This document shows, in pieces, positions 38,847 to 49,979 of a stretch of 64,000 bases of DNA. Position numbers and translations under genes: made by a program. Below the pieces are notes generated by a model. That model searched no databases. It had not been told where the DNA came from and saw only the letters and a list, made by a program, of their open reading frames with translations. The stretch covers positions 4,762 to 68,761 of the forward strand of contig ONCM01000003.1 of the NCBI GenBank assembly GCA_900316305.1. Direction: 5' to 3'. The first letter of the stretch is position 1. Each line of letters starts with the position of its first letter. The stretch is from an uncultured Bacteroidales bacterium. GTDB lineage: Bacteria > Bacteroidota > Bacteroidia > Bacteroidales > WCHB1-69.

Positions 38847-39836
38847 TTATTTTATAAAAGAGCAGATAATAAAGATCAGGCTGGCGGCCTGTAAAATGTT
38901 GCGAGCCAGGAACCAACGGATGGCAAACCACTCCAAATGATTCTCGCAAATGAGATCCCAGTGCTCGATAGGACCATACCACCATTTCCGTTGGAACTCG
39001 CGTTCCGGATGGTAACAGAATTGGTACAGCAGATAAAACAAAGCGATGGATCTCGGCAAAACCAAGAAAATGGCGGCAAAAACAAAATGTAAATGGCCAA
39101 GTAGGATGGCTATCAACAAGATGATGTACGGGGAGAAATTGAAGATGGCGGAGGCAACCAACTGCAACGGACGGGTTTTCAACACCTCAGCCAACGTTTT
39201 CTTACCCACCTTCCGATCCGTGTTCGTTTCCATGATGGAATGCGTGAACAAGATGTTGACGACCCACAGACCCACCGCAACGGAGGCCACCCATACACCG
39301 GCATTAAGGCTTCCACAGGCCGCATAGTGCACGCCTGTCATAAGCAGGGGACCGAAAATGAGACCCGTAACGAGTTCACCGAGACCGTGATAACAAAAAC
39401 GGATAGGCTTTCCCGAATAGAAGAAGCCGAGAAATCCGGCGGCGAGGGCAATATAAAGCGGTACAAGTCCGCGTTTCACGAAGACAACGCAGCCCAACAA
39501 CAACGCGGCAAGTCCGAAAAGGGAGGCCACCACAAAAAGTTGACGCGGGGTCACCTCACCGGAGGTCAGGTACGGACTTTTGGCGATACGGGCACGCTGC
39601 CCCTCTGCCGCCGTCTGCTCACGAACCTCCTCACTCTTGAACTGGTAGTCAAAATAGTCGTCAAAGAGGTTCACCGACAAGTGCGCCAGCATCACCCCAA
39701 AAACCGCGACAATGCTCAATCCGATGGAAAAATTTTCGTTCCCGACAGCCATAAACACGGCCACCAGTGCCGGCAACACGCTCTGTGGCAACGCATACGC
39801 CCGCGCGTTCTGAATCCAATAGATGATTTTTTTCAT
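38847..39836 (-). CDS. UbiA-family prenyltransferase (MenA-like)
   Basis: NLFDDYFD, YS..P......GLGEL and D...GKKTL, multi-TM. Confidence 0.85.
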   Translation of the reverse strand: MKKIIYWIQNARAYALPQSVLPALVAVFMAVGNENFSIGLSIVAVFGVMLAHLSVNLFDDYFDYQFKSEEVREQTAAEGQRARIAKSPYLTSGEVTPRQLFVVASLFGLAALLLGCVVFVKRGLVPLYIALAAGFLGFFYSGKPIRFCYHGLGELVTGLIFGPLLMTGVHYAACGSLNAGVWVASVAVGLWVVNILFTHSIMETNTDRKVGKKTLAEVLKTRPLQLVASAIFNFSPYIILLIAILLGHLHFVFAAIFLVLPRSIALFYLLYQFCYHPEREFQRKWWYGPIEHWDLICENHLEWFAIRWFLARNILQAASLIFIICSFIK

Positions 39837-39894
39837 TTCAAATTTTCATTATACAAAAAAACCATCTGTTGGTGTGACAGATGGCCTTGTTTTG

Positions 39895-39966
39895 TACTGC
39901 GTACGAGAATCGAACTCGTATTGCAAGATTGAGAATCTTGATTCCTAACCGTTAGAAGAACGCAGC
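39895..39966 (-). tRNA. tRNA-Glu(CTC)
   Basis: Acceptor GCTGCGT/ACGCAGT, anticodon arm CAAGA-TTCTCAA-TCTTG, T-loop GTTCGATTC and a downstream terminator at about 39855-39885. Confidence 0.95.
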
Positions 39967-40042
39967 AGTTGAAATCGGCGGCAAAAATACACTTTTTTTT
40001 AATACAGCAACGGGTTGTGGCAAAATTTTTCTTTGATGCCCC

Positions 40043-40086
40043 GTAGAGACGCGCTGCAGCACGTCTCTACAACAGCATGTCTCTAC
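40043..40086. repeat. GTAG-type REP palindrome plus a half copy
   Basis: GTAGAGACGCGCTGCAGCACGTCTCTAC. Confidence 0.8.
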
Positions 40087-40931
40087 AATGATTTCACAAG
40101 ACCTTGCAACAATTTGATTTCCTCCGCCCACAACGTCTCATCCGGCGTTTCCAAAATGAGCGGGATGTTGTCAAAGCGCGGATCGTTCATGAACCGCTCG
40201 AAAAATTCCATACCCAAAAGTCCCTTGCCAATGCTGTCGTGACGATCGACACGACTGCCGAGATCCTTTTTCGTATCATTGAGGTGGATAGCCCGCAAAT
40301 AGCGAAAACCAACCGTCGCCTCAAATTCTTCAAAAGCGGCTTTGTAGCCGTTCTCTGTCTTCAGATCATAACCGGCAGAATAGGTGTGGCAGGTATCCAA
40401 GCACACCCCTACCCTACTCTTATCTTCCACCTTGTCAATAATATACGCCAAATGTTGGAAACTAAAACCCACATTGGAACCCTGTCCTGCTGTATTTTCA
40501 ATCACAGCCGTCACACCCTGCGTCTTGTCCAACGCGATGTTGATGCTCTCTGCAACCAAGGTGAGACAAGCCTCCAACGAAATCTGCTTCAGATGGCTGC
40601 CCGGGTGGAAATTAAGCATTTTTAACCCTAGTTGCTCGCAACGCTGCATCTCTTCCAAGAAGGAGTTGCGCGACTTCTCCAACCCTTCCGCATCGGGACT
40701 GCCAAGATTGATGAGGTAACTGTCGTGCGGAAGCACATAATCTGCAGAAATACCCGATTTTTCAAGATTTTCCTTGAAAGCCGTGATGGACTTCTCACTC
40801 AACGGCGCCGAAAACCACTGTCGCTGATTCTTGGTGAACAAAGCGAAAGCAGTAGCACCCACCTGCATGGCATTCAACGGGGCATTCTCCACCCCACCAC
40901 TCGCACTCACATGAGGACCAATGTACTTCAT
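40083..40931 (-). CDS. nfo: Endonuclease IV
   Basis: [32 protein letters not shown] and LETP. Confidence 0.97.
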   Translation of the reverse strand: MKYIGPHVSASGGVENAPLNAMQVGATAFALFTKNQRQWFSAPLSEKSITAFKENLEKSGISADYVLPHDSYLINLGSPDAEGLEKSRNSFLEEMQRCEQLGLKMLNFHPGSHLKQISLEACLTLVAESINIALDKTQGVTAVIENTAGQGSNVGFSFQHLAYIIDKVEDKSRVGVCLDTCHTYSAGYDLKTENGYKAAFEEFEATVGFRYLRAIHLNDTKKDLGSRVDRHDSIGKGLLGMEFFERFMNDPRFDNIPLILETPDETLWAEEIKLLQGLVKSL

Positions 40932-40983
40932 ACCTTAAACACATTCGTATGTTGCCATGCTATAGCAACTTTACAACTATCAC

Positions 40984-42018
40984 CTAAACTAACTTAATAT
41001 CCACAACACCCTCCTTATCGGTAACATTACCGATAACGAACGCCTTCTCACCCAGCTCGTTGAACATCTTTACAGTGCGGTCAGCATCTTTCGGGTCCAC
41101 CATCAGGACCATGCCGATACCCATGTTGAAGACATTGAACATCTCACGGTGATCGACCTTGCCGTACTTTTCAAGGAACGGGAAGATGGCGGGCATTTCC
41201 CAATTGTGTTCGTCCACGAAGATGCCTTGTCCGGGACGCAAAGCACGCGGAATATTTTCGTCGAAACCACCACCGGTGATGTGACAGATAGCGTGAATAT
41301 CAACACTTTTTAACACCTTTAACACGGGCTTCACATAGATGCGCGTGGGGGTGAGCAGCACGTTGCCAAGCGTGTCGGGCAGCGTGTCGTATTTCTTGTT
41401 CAAATCCAGCTGGTTGTCTTTGAAGACAATCTTGCGGACGAGGGAGAATCCATTGGAATGCACGCCAGAAGAGGCCAAACCGATGAGCACATCGCCGACG
41501 TTAACCTTCGAACCGTCAATGAGTTTGGATTTCTCCACCGCACCAACGGTGAAACCGGCGATGTCGTATTCGTCCTCATCGTACATGTCAGGCATCTCAG
41601 CCGTCTCGCCCCCGATAAGCGCACAGTTGGACAGCACACAGCCGTCAGCCACGCCCTTCACAATCGCCTCGATTTTGGCAGGATGGTTCTTGCCCACAGC
41701 GATGTAGTCCAGGAAGAACAGAGGAGCTGCACCCTGGGCGAGTACGTCGTTGACGCACATGGCCACGGCATCCTGACCGATCGTGTCGTGACGGTCCATC
41801 ATGAACGCCAGTTTGAGCTTGGTGCCCACACCGTCGGTACCGCTGACCAAAACGGGTTCCTTGTAGCCAAGGGAGGCCAAATCGAACATACCGCCGAAGC
41901 TGCCGATGTTGCCCATCATGCCGGGACGGTTGGTGCGGGAAATATGTTTTTTGATGAGGCGCACGGATTCATAGCCTGCTTCCAGCTGTACGCCCGCTGC
42001 TTGATATGCTTTTGACAT
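40984..42018 (-). CDS. purM: AIR synthase
   Basis: [37 protein letters not shown] and FNMGIG. Confidence 0.98.
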   Translation of the reverse strand: MSKAYQAAGVQLEAGYESVRLIKKHISRTNRPGMMGNIGSFGGMFDLASLGYKEPVLVSGTDGVGTKLKLAFMMDRHDTIGQDAVAMCVNDVLAQGAAPLFFLDYIAVGKNHPAKIEAIVKGVADGCVLSNCALIGGETAEMPDMYDEDEYDIAGFTVGAVEKSKLIDGSKVNVGDVLIGLASSGVHSNGFSLVRKIVFKDNQLDLNKKYDTLPDTLGNVLLTPTRIYVKPVLKVLKSVDIHAICHITGGGFDENIPRALRPGQGIFVDEHNWEMPAIFPFLEKYGKVDHREMFNVFNMGIGMVLMVDPKDADRTVKMFNELGEKAFVIGNVTDKEGVVDIKLV

Positions 42019-42040
42019 AGTTATATCGTATTAAAAAACG

Positions 42041-43114
42041 TTAAATAATCAACATTGCATCTCCGTAGGTGAGGAAGCGGTATTTCTCCGCCACAGCCTC
42101 CTTATAGGCCTTCATCACGAAGTCGTAACCACCGAACGCCGCCACCATCATCAACATGGAACTTTGCGGAGCGTGGAAGTTGGTAACCATCGCATTGGCC
42201 ACTTTGAAACGGTACGGCGGGTAGATGAACTTGTTGGTCCACATATCCTCCTTGCCGTTCATCTCGGTGGTCTTCACCATGCCGTTATCATACACGGAAG
42301 ACTCCAAAGCCTTCATCGTGGTGGTACCGACCACCACAATTTTGTGACCCTCTTCCTTCGTCTCGTTGATCTTGTTTGCCACCTCGGTGCGGATGATCAT
42401 ACGCTCGGAATCGGGTTTGTGCTTCGACAAATCCTCCACATCAATATCGTTAAAATTACTTAATCCGGCATGCAGCGTGATATAGGTACGCTCAATGCCC
42501 TTGATCTCCATTTTGGAAAGCAGGAAGCGGCTGAAGTGGAATCCGGCAGCCGGTGCCACTACTGCGCCCTCCTCAGTAGCGTAGATGGTCTGATAGTCCT
42601 GTTCATCCTCCGGCTCGATGTCACGCAAACGCTGAATATCGTTAGGCAGCGGCGTAGTGCCGATTTCCATGAGCTTTTTCTTGAAAGCATCGTGGTCACC
42701 GTCGAAAAGGAAACGCAACGTACGACCACGAGAAGTGGTATTGTCAATGACCTCAGCCACCAGACTGTCATCCTCGGTGAACGACAGCTTGTTACCGATA
42801 CGAATCTTGCGGGCGGGATCGACCAAGACATCCCACAAACGACTTTCCTCGTCCAGCTCTCTCAACAGAAAAACACGGATTTGGGCGCGGGTCTGCTCCT
42901 TCTCCCCGAACATCAAAGCAGGGAAGACGCGGGTGTTGTTCATCACGAACAAATCCCCTTCGTCAAAGTAGTCTATAATATCTTTAAATAGCTTATGCTC
43001 AATAGTTTTTGTCTTTCTATTGAGCACCATCATACGCGCCTCGTCACGCTCTTCAACAGGGTGCAAAGCGATCAATTCTTGTGGCAAATAATACTTAAAT
43101 TCGGATAATTTCAT
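42041..43114 (-). CDS. queA: S-adenosylmethionine:tRNA ribosyltransferase-isomerase
   Basis: F.Y.LP.ELIA..P, N.TRV.PA, YQT.YA, VGTT, TNFH.P.S and YRF..YGDAMLI. Confidence 0.97.
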   Translation of the reverse strand: MKLSEFKYYLPQELIALHPVEERDEARMMVLNRKTKTIEHKLFKDIIDYFDEGDLFVMNNTRVFPALMFGEKEQTRAQIRVFLLRELDEESRLWDVLVDPARKIRIGNKLSFTEDDSLVAEVIDNTTSRGRTLRFLFDGDHDAFKKKLMEIGTTPLPNDIQRLRDIEPEDEQDYQTIYATEEGAVVAPAAGFHFSRFLLSKMEIKGIERTYITLHAGLSNFNDIDVEDLSKHKPDSERMIIRTEVANKINETKEEGHKIVVVGTTTMKALESSVYDNGMVKTTEMNGKEDMWTNKFIYPPYRFKVANAMVTNFHAPQSSMLMMVAAFGGYDFVMKAYKEAVAEKYRFLTYGDAMLII

Positions 43115-43269
43115 CAACTATAATTTTGGCGCGCAAAGATACAATATTTTTAAGCGTTTGTCAAGTGTTTTTTTTAGAAAAAATTTATAAAAAAAGTTGT
43201 ACCTTTGCCTTCGGTCATTTTACGACTCTTTTGTCTATTCAAGTATTTAATAACCAAATAATTAAAAAT

Positions 43270-44481
43270 ATGAAAGACCTTCTGTTAAAACGTTTCAGCA
43301 AGTATATCTCCTACGCGACCACCGCAGACCCTGAATCGGAAACCTATCCGAGCACCCAGGCACTTCTCGATTTCGCCGATGTCATGGTGGAAGAACTGAA
43401 AAATATTGGTATGCAAAATGTTACAAAAGACCAACATGGCTATGTGACCGCTCTGCTGCCCGCCAATACAACAGAAAAACAGCCCGTAATCGGTTTTATG
43501 GCGCACCTGGACACCGCACCCGACATGCCCGGCATCGCCGCACCCGTCATCGTGCCGAACTATGACGGTAGCACCATCGTGCTGGACAAAGAAACTAACA
43601 CCGTACTCTCCCCTGAAGAATTCCCGGAACTGCTAGATTACAAGGGATTAACCATCCTTACCACTGATGGTAAACACCTTCTCGGTGCCGATGACAAAGC
43701 CGGCGTGGCCGAAATCGTTTGCGCAATGGAATACCTCATCCAACATCCTGAAATCAAGCACGGCGACATCAAAGTGGCCTTCTCCCATGACGAAGAGGTC
43801 GGCAACGGCGTGAAATTCTTTGACGTAGAGGCTTTTGGCTGCGATTTCGCCTACACCATGGACGGTGGCGCCATCGGGGAACTGGAGTTCGAAAACTTCA
43901 ACGCTGCCGGTGCCAACATCCGCATACAAGGCAAGAACATCCATCCCGGCTATGCCAAGAACAAGATGGTGAACTCGCAACTTATCGCCATGGAACTCAA
44001 CAACTTGCTGCCCGCTGCGCAACGTCCCGAACACACGCAGGACTATGAAGGATTTTACCTCCTCACCCGCATCGACGGTACGGTGGAGGAGACCAAGATG
44101 TCGTACATCATCCGCAACCACAACCGCGAAACCTTCGAATCGCAGAAAAAATTCATGCAGGAGATTGTCAACTTCCTGAACATCAAGTACAACAATTGCA
44201 TCACCTGTGAAATCAAGGACCAATATTACAACATGCGCGAGAAAGTGGAACCCGTCTATTACGTGGTGGAACGCGCCGTGAAGGCGATGAAAGAAGCTGA
44301 CGTAGAGCCCGTCATCGTGCCCATCCGCGGCGGCACCGACGGCGCCAACCTTTCGTTCCGCAACCTCCCCTGCCCCAACATCTTCGCCGGCGGCCACAAC
44401 TTCCATGGCAAATACGAATATGTGCCGCTGGAATCCATGGTGAAAGCCACTGAAGTGATTATTAACATCTCAAAATGCTAA
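43270..44481 (+). CDS. pepT: Peptidase T
   Basis: AHLDTAPD, LLGADDKAG, DEEVG, HPGYAK, PIRGGTDG and NFHG.YE. Confidence 0.97.
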   Translation: MKDLLLKRFSKYISYATTADPESETYPSTQALLDFADVMVEELKNIGMQNVTKDQHGYVTALLPANTTEKQPVIGFMAHLDTAPDMPGIAAPVIVPNYDGSTIVLDKETNTVLSPEEFPELLDYKGLTILTTDGKHLLGADDKAGVAEIVCAMEYLIQHPEIKHGDIKVAFSHDEEVGNGVKFFDVEAFGCDFAYTMDGGAIGELEFENFNAAGANIRIQGKNIHPGYAKNKMVNSQLIAMELNNLLPAAQRPEHTQDYEGFYLLTRIDGTVEETKMSYIIRNHNRETFESQKKFMQEIVNFLNIKYNNCITCEIKDQYYNMREKVEPVYYVVERAVKAMKEADVEPVIVPIRGGTDGANLSFRNLPCPNIFAGGHNFHGKYEYVPLESMVKATEVIINISKC

Positions 44482-44499
44482 TTAACAAGCAAATAAAAC

Positions 44500-44532
44500 A
44501 AATGGCGCGAACGTAACATTCGCGCCATTTTT
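44500..44532 (+). terminator. pepT terminator
   Basis: AAATGGCGCGAA...TTCGCGCCATTTTT. Confidence 0.85.
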
Positions 44533-44578
44533 GTAGGGATGGGATACCCAAAAAAATTATATTTTTGCGCCCCGATTT

Positions 44579-44650
44579 GGTCCTGTAGTTCAATGGATAG
44601 AACGGAAGTTTCCTAAACTTTTGATAGGAGTTCGATTCTCCTCGGGACTA
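44579..44650 (+). tRNA. tRNA-Arg(CCT)
   Basis: Acceptor GGTCCTG/CGGGACT, anticodon loop TTCCTAA and T-loop GTTCGATTC. Confidence 0.95.
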
Positions 44651-44654
44651 CTAC

Positions 44655-44682
44655 GTAGAGACGCAAAATTTTGCGTCTCTAC
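44655..44682. repeat. GTAG-type REP palindrome
   Basis: GTAGAGACGCAAAATTTTGCGTCTCTAC. Confidence 0.85.
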
Positions 44683-44690
44683 ATTCATTG

Positions 44691-44770
44691 CCTCATCGCA
44701 TTTCATCGTTTTTCATCGCATTTCATCGTTTTTCATCGTTTTTCATCGCATTTCATCGCATTTCATCGTC
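44691..44770. repeat. 8x 10-bp tandem repeat TTTCATCG(CA/TT)
   Basis: Read directly. Begins at the lptC stop codon. Confidence 0.9.
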
Positions 44771-45332
44771 AGAAATCATACCCCACCATCTCCCCGTGCG
44801 GGTGGATGATCGTATATTTCGTAAACCGCTCGTCCGCATCAAAACCGTCACCGTAATTCACCGATCCGTCCCGCTTCACCTGCTTCACCGACTTCGTGGA
44901 GTAGATGCTGCGCCGGCGCTGGTCCCAAATTACCTCATCGGTAATCACAGAATCCCCATTGATAATATCGTAAATGACCACATTGTCCGTGGCCTTGAAC
45001 AGATTGTTATTGATCTGGCACGCGTAATTCGCCGTAATGATGGCCTGCTTACGCCCAAAATCGTTGAAAGAGGTAATGGTGATCCCTTCCGGACAATCCA
45101 CGTAAGAAGTGTCCCCGTTGTAGCGGTTGAACATCGGCGTGGTGACAATGAAACTCGTGCGCCCGGAATCGCTGACGGTGATCGTCATATTCTGAGCCGA
45201 TTCGTCAGGATATTTGCCATTATATTCAAAAAGTTCGGATTTTTTTTCCGAAGATTTACAAGCAGCAAAAAGCATCATAATGCACGAGGCGATTATGATG
45301 CTTTTGAATGCGTATTTTAGTCTGAAAGACAT
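44769..45332 (-). CDS. lptC: LPS export protein LptC (Bacteroidetes type)
   Basis: SDSG, P.G, A.YA, NV, T..L.WD, G.GF..DE.F pattern, in the conserved coaX-OMP-TPR-lptC gene order. Confidence 0.85.
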   Translation of the reverse strand: MSFRLKYAFKSIIIASCIMMLFAACKSSEKKSELFEYNGKYPDESAQNMTITVSDSGRTSFIVTTPMFNRYNGDTSYVDCPEGITITSFNDFGRKQAIITANYACQINNNLFKATDNVVIYDIINGDSVITDEVIWDQRRRSIYSTKSVKQVKRDGSVNYGDGFDADERFTKYTIIHPHGEMVGYDF

Positions 45333-45336
45333 GAGA

Positions 45337-46782
45337 TTATCTCACAGTCGTATTCTCTTGGATCCAGCAGCCCACGTGAACGACATCACCGCTCTTCAGA
45401 CCGCGTTTGAACAGTTCATCCTTGCTGGGGAATCTCAGTTTGGAACGATGGTTGTTGGCATCGTTGGCGCAAGAAGGATCAACAGCGACAGCCTTGGCAT
45501 ATTTATCGGCAGCAGCCCAAGCGTATGCACCAGGAACCTCATTGTCGCCAGAGCATCCACGAGAGTAGAGGTCTCCAATCAAGATGTAAGCCTTGCCCAT
45601 ATCGGGTTTTGACTTGAGGGCTTCGTAAGCGGCGGCACGGGCTTCGGAGTTAGCACCTCTCAGCTGATATGCGAGAGCCAGCATGTAGTTGGCGTCAGCT
45701 TTCTGTTCGTGCGTCTCACTCAATTTCACAGCCTCTTTGAAGTAGTCAACAGTAGCGGTGAAGTTCTCATCCGTCTTGTTCGTAGCATAATTCTTGAGCA
45801 TGAGATTACCCATCATGAAGGCCGTGTTGCGGCTCGGGCTGGCTTTATGCAGAATGGACAGACCGTCCTGGAAGACCTGGCTGTTGGTGCAACCGCCCTT
45901 GAACATGGTGTTCACCATTTTGCTGACAGCGGCCAAATCACCCTTGATTTCTTCGAACTTCTTGGTGTAGAGCATCTCCAAAACTTCGCAAGAAGCGTAA
46001 GGCGTCACAGCATTGTTGATCTTCACCAACGTTTTGCGGTAGTTGACGATGAGCTTAGCCTGACGGGCAGTGTCGGAAGTCAACTTCTTGGCCTGTTTGT
46101 CGTAAGCCATACGGTCAATTTCACCTTTTTCCAGTTGGGCATTCAAAGCTTCCAACGCATCAGCGCTCTGCTCGTAAGCCTTGGTGGCATTCAAGATAGA
46201 AAGATCAAGGTAGTCGGTGGCACGCTCGTAGGCCTCAATCACGATAGAGGTATCTTTCTTGGCCTTGGTCATATTCTCAGCCAACTGATAATACGTGTCC
46301 CAAATGGCGGGTTGCGTGTTCTCCTTCTCCATTTCAACAGACTGCACAAACCATGTGTATGCCTGCTCATACTGAGATTTACGATATCTCATCGTGTTGT
46401 AAGCCTTGAAGCCCAGACCGGAACCGGGAGTGAACTTCTCCGGGAAATGGTTGCTGCGGACATCGAAGGTGTACATCAAAGAGTCGATGAGCACTTCGCG
46501 ATGTGCAGAATCCTTCTCATCCTTGATAAGATTCTGGAACAACGTCTGTGCATTGGTGTAAATGCCGTCCCAAGAGCATGGGCAGTTTTGGATGACATAC
46601 TGCCAAGATTCGTATGCATCTTTGTAATTCTTGGCATTGTAAAATGTTCTGAAATTCGTGATTTGTTCAAGGCATTTCAAGGAATCAGCCTCATTTGCTC
46701 CGTATTTGAAGGAGCAGGGTTTCTGCGCGAAGGCGAAACTTCCGCCGATAACCAGTACGATGACAGCTAAGATCTTTTTCAT
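45337..46782 (-). CDS. Periplasmic TPR protein
   Basis: Signal peptide, KNY.DAY..W, TPR helices and C-terminal VGCWI.E.TTVR. Confidence 0.85.
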   Translation of the reverse strand: MKKILAVIVLVIGGSFAFAQKPCSFKYGANEADSLKCLEQITNFRTFYNAKNYKDAYESWQYVIQNCPCSWDGIYTNAQTLFQNLIKDEKDSAHREVLIDSLMYTFDVRSNHFPEKFTPGSGLGFKAYNTMRYRKSQYEQAYTWFVQSVEMEKENTQPAIWDTYYQLAENMTKAKKDTSIVIEAYERATDYLDLSILNATKAYEQSADALEALNAQLEKGEIDRMAYDKQAKKLTSDTARQAKLIVNYRKTLVKINNAVTPYASCEVLEMLYTKKFEEIKGDLAAVSKMVNTMFKGGCTNSQVFQDGLSILHKASPSRNTAFMMGNLMLKNYATNKTDENFTATVDYFKEAVKLSETHEQKADANYMLALAYQLRGANSEARAAAYEALKSKPDMGKAYILIGDLYSRGCSGDNEVPGAYAWAAADKYAKAVAVDPSCANDANNHRSKLRFPSKDELFKRGLKSGDVVHVGCWIQENTTVR

Positions 46783-46814
46783 TTCTTCTTTTATTTTATA
46801 GGGTTATTACTTTA

Positions 46815-48095
46815 TTAATCTATCTTAACTCTTTGATACCAACGTTCTTGGAGGATGAAGCAGAGTGAGATTCTGTAGTAGTTCTGCTGTACCAAATTGT
46901 TCTCCATCGTTCCAGTTCTTCCGTATTCAAACATGATATTGATGGACGAATGAGTATTGAACGTGTTTATGGGTAATCCTACGCCTAAACAGACTCCATA
47001 TTCTGAAATAGGTTTATTGCGCAATGACAATTCTCCGGTGGTAAACTTGCTTCCCAAACGAAAAGCCAGCTTTTTGAAGAACTTGTTGGATAACGGATCC
47101 GGAATATACTGAAAACCAATGGATGACGAAAGCGAGTTGTGCAACGAATCCGTCGGTTTCAAGAATTCAAATTTCTCCCAATTCCGCCACGTCACGTCCG
47201 TGGCAACCGTCAATTTGTCCTTATAGCAGTAGCTAATACCACCACCCACGGACTGCGGGATATATAAGTTGCCGCTAATGCCATCTTTATACAATATAGT
47301 ATCGTATGTCGCCGTGGAAACATAACTACCGCTATAGGAGTTGACTAAAATACTCTCTTTCGCCCAAATATAAGCGGTGTTGCTATAGACAACACCCAAT
47401 CCGATACGATGCTTTGGACCGGCATTGAAGAAATATTGCAAACCGGCATCAAGATAGATACCTTTCGTCTGATAGGCATCACGCACATAACTGTTGGTGA
47501 AGTAGGAACCATCAAATTCAGTATTGGAATATGAATAGATGGTACCGAATATATAGCTGGCATTCAAGCCAATAGAGAGTCCTTTACAAATTTTGAACGC
47601 ATTACCCCAGTAAAGCTGGTTGATACCACCGTCGCCGCTGTATTTGTAGGTGACCGGTCCGATATTATCCACTACCCGTACATCCTCAATATCGTAACCC
47701 ACTGAACTGAAGGGCAATATACCCAAACTGGTGCGCCAATGACGGGTCACCGGCAAACCAATGGCTATATAACCGGGTTGAAAATAGTTGTTCTTCTGCT
47801 GCATCTTCATCTGGTTCAACTTCGACATATATACCGAACCAGAAACATCGGCAATGAACGAGAGAGAATCAAAAGCCGCGTATGACGCAGGATTCCGAAA
47901 ATTGATGAAATACGGATTCTGCATGGCATACGAAACTCCGCCCATGGCATCCAACACACCATTGGAAGAACGGTTCAACGAACCCACCCCATAACTGGAG
48001 TATGGCTGGCTGATCTCATTTTGCGCCTGTACATGGAACACGCACAAGCAGCAAATCAAAAGCATCCATATTTTATGGTCAATCTTCTGAAGCAT
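46815..48095 (-). CDS. Outer-membrane beta-barrel (FadL-like) protein
   Basis: SQPYS.YG.G, MGG, NPASY, G..PFS.VGY, G.GG.NQ and C-terminal ERW. Confidence 0.85.
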   Translation of the reverse strand: MLQKIDHKIWMLLICCLCVFHVQAQNEISQPYSSYGVGSLNRSSNGVLDAMGGVSYAMQNPYFINFRNPASYAAFDSLSFIADVSGSVYMSKLNQMKMQQKNNYFQPGYIAIGLPVTRHWRTSLGILPFSSVGYDIEDVRVVDNIGPVTYKYSGDGGINQLYWGNAFKICKGLSIGLNASYIFGTIYSYSNTEFDGSYFTNSYVRDAYQTKGIYLDAGLQYFFNAGPKHRIGLGVVYSNTAYIWAKESILVNSYSGSYVSTATYDTILYKDGISGNLYIPQSVGGGISYCYKDKLTVATDVTWRNWEKFEFLKPTDSLHNSLSSSIGFQYIPDPLSNKFFKKLAFRLGSKFTTGELSLRNKPISEYGVCLGVGLPINTFNTHSSINIMFEYGRTGTMENNLVQQNYYRISLCFILQERWYQRVKID

Positions 48096-48813
48096 TCAGT
48101 ACTAATATTTTATACAATCCGAACAGGGTCGGATTTGGGGCGGCAAATATACGTTTTTTTATGAATTTTTGGAGCAACTCCGAATCACCACCCGAAAATA
48201 ACACCTTCAGACCGGAAAAAGCCTCCTCATATTGGGCAATCAGACCGTCAATTTCTCGCGCCATCCCATTGATGACACCAGACAAAATGGAGCCTCGGGT
48301 GTCGTCACCGATGAAATAATCGATGGATTCAGGGTCCACTAACGGCAAACGAGCCGTGAATTGCGAAAGAGCTTGGAAACGCATCTGCATTCCCGGCGCA
48401 ATACTTCCACCCAAATACTCTCCGTCAGCATTGACGAAATCCGCCACCAGACAGGTACCCGCCATGATGGAGAGCACATTTTCTCCAGGATATAAAGCAT
48501 TGGCTCCCACCGCATTGGCGATACGGTCGGTACCCAACGTCTCCGGCGTTGCGTAACGCATGTTGATGGGCAAACGGCACTCGGAAGAAAAACGGACCAA
48601 CTTGACACGACAGCCCAACCAACGGAACAGTTCCTCGTCATCCTTTCCGACAGAAGAGACAATTGCACTCCGCACCGGATAACAGGCCAGCACCTCCTCC
48701 AAAATCGGAACCGACAACTGTTTCTCTTGCAAAAACTTGACTATTTTCCCACTTTCATCGAAAACAGCCAACTTCTGCAACGTATTGCCAATATCTATCA
48801 CTAGGTTGACCAT
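48079..48813 (-). CDS. coaX: Type III pantothenate kinase
   Basis: IDIGNT, TLG.DR, GT, GG.I.PG and SGGD. Confidence 0.95.
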   Translation of the reverse strand: MVNLVIDIGNTLQKLAVFDESGKIVKFLQEKQLSVPILEEVLACYPVRSAIVSSVGKDDEELFRWLGCRVKLVRFSSECRLPINMRYATPETLGTDRIANAVGANALYPGENVLSIMAGTCLVADFVNADGEYLGGSIAPGMQMRFQALSQFTARLPLVDPESIDYFIGDDTRGSILSGVINGMAREIDGLIAQYEEAFSGLKVLFSGGDSELLQKFIKKRIFAAPNPTLFGLYKILVLNASED

Positions 48814-48823
48814 TGACCTTTGA

Positions 48824-49849
48824 CTATTGACCATTAACCGTTAACCCTTTTCTATTCCTCAAAATATCAATAGCCAAATAAATAGCATTGCGCATCGACT
48901 GGGCGTCGGCAACATTCTTTCCGGCAATATCGTAGGCAGTGCCATGGGCTGGCGACGTGCGCACGATGGGCAGTCCGGCGGTGAAATTCACCCCATCCTT
49001 GGAGAGCAGTTTGAAAGGAATCATGCCCTGATCGTAATGCATGGCCAACACCGCATCAAACTTGGTATAAGCACCCGTAGAGAAGAAACTATCGGCCGGG
49101 AAGGGTCCGAAAGCGTTAATACCGTCATGAAAAGCTTGAGCCACAGCTGGTTGTATCACTTCTTTTTCCTCGTTGCCAATCAATCCTTCGTCACCGCAAT
49201 GCGGGTTGAGCGCGAGCACCGCAATGGTCGGGTTGCTCACCGCAAAATCTTTCTTCAACGATTCATTCACAATCTCCAACTTTTTCAGAATCAACTCGGT
49301 AGTAATGGTTTCAGCCACTTTGCCGATTGGATGATGGTGGGTGACAAACGCCACACGCAAATTCTCCGAAACCATCATCATCGTGGCCGGATGCTCTTTC
49401 CCGCCAAAGTAGTGGTCGAAAAACTCGGTGTGCCCAGGGAAGACAAATTTCTCCGATTGGATGTTACTCTTATTGATGGGCGCCGTCACAATCGCGTCGA
49501 TGAGGTTGTTCTTCAAGTCGCGGCCGGCCGCGTATAGCGAACGCTCCGCCATCTGACCGGCAATCTTCGTGGAAGTTCCCAAATCCAACTTCACCTCCTC
49601 TTCATACAAATTGATGAGATTCGGCCGTTTTGTGGAGAGCTGCTCGGCCGTTTTCGTGAACTGGAACGAAAAATCCGGCAACTCCATGTACTTTTTATGA
49701 TATGAGGCCACTTTCGACAAACCATAAACCACCGGAGTGCACATCTCCATGATTCGGTTGTCGCTCAACGATTTAATGATTACTTCATAGCCGATACCGT
49801 TAATATCGCCCTGTGTGATTCCAATTGTGAAATTCTTATTGTCAGCCAT
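48824..49849 (-). CDS. pdxA: 4-hydroxythreonine-4-phosphate dehydrogenase
   Basis: GD.NGIG.E, VTAPINK, FPGHTE, LNPH, GPFPAD and RTSP.HGTA.DIAG. Confidence 0.96.
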   Translation of the reverse strand: MADNKNFTIGITQGDINGIGYEVIIKSLSDNRIMEMCTPVVYGLSKVASYHKKYMELPDFSFQFTKTAEQLSTKRPNLINLYEEEVKLDLGTSTKIAGQMAERSLYAAGRDLKNNLIDAIVTAPINKSNIQSEKFVFPGHTEFFDHYFGGKEHPATMMMVSENLRVAFVTHHHPIGKVAETITTELILKKLEIVNESLKKDFAVSNPTIAVLALNPHCGDEGLIGNEEKEVIQPAVAQAFHDGINAFGPFPADSFFSTGAYTKFDAVLAMHYDQGMIPFKLLSKDGVNFTAGLPIVRTSPAHGTAYDIAGKNVADAQSMRNAIYLAIDILRNRKGLTVNGQ

Positions 49850-49979
49850 AAATACTTTTTTTGGGGCTGCAAATATACATAATATTCATCAATCGGGCGT
49901 TATTTTCTTAATAATTCTTAAAACTGAAAAAAGACGAATTGATAATGGAAGAAATGATATTTTTGCAGTTTGATTTTTT

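Noticed and set aside
44579-44690. tRNA-Arg or tRNA-Glu as an island integration site
   Set aside because: Both are flanked by housekeeping genes, and I saw no duplicated tRNA 3' end or integrase.
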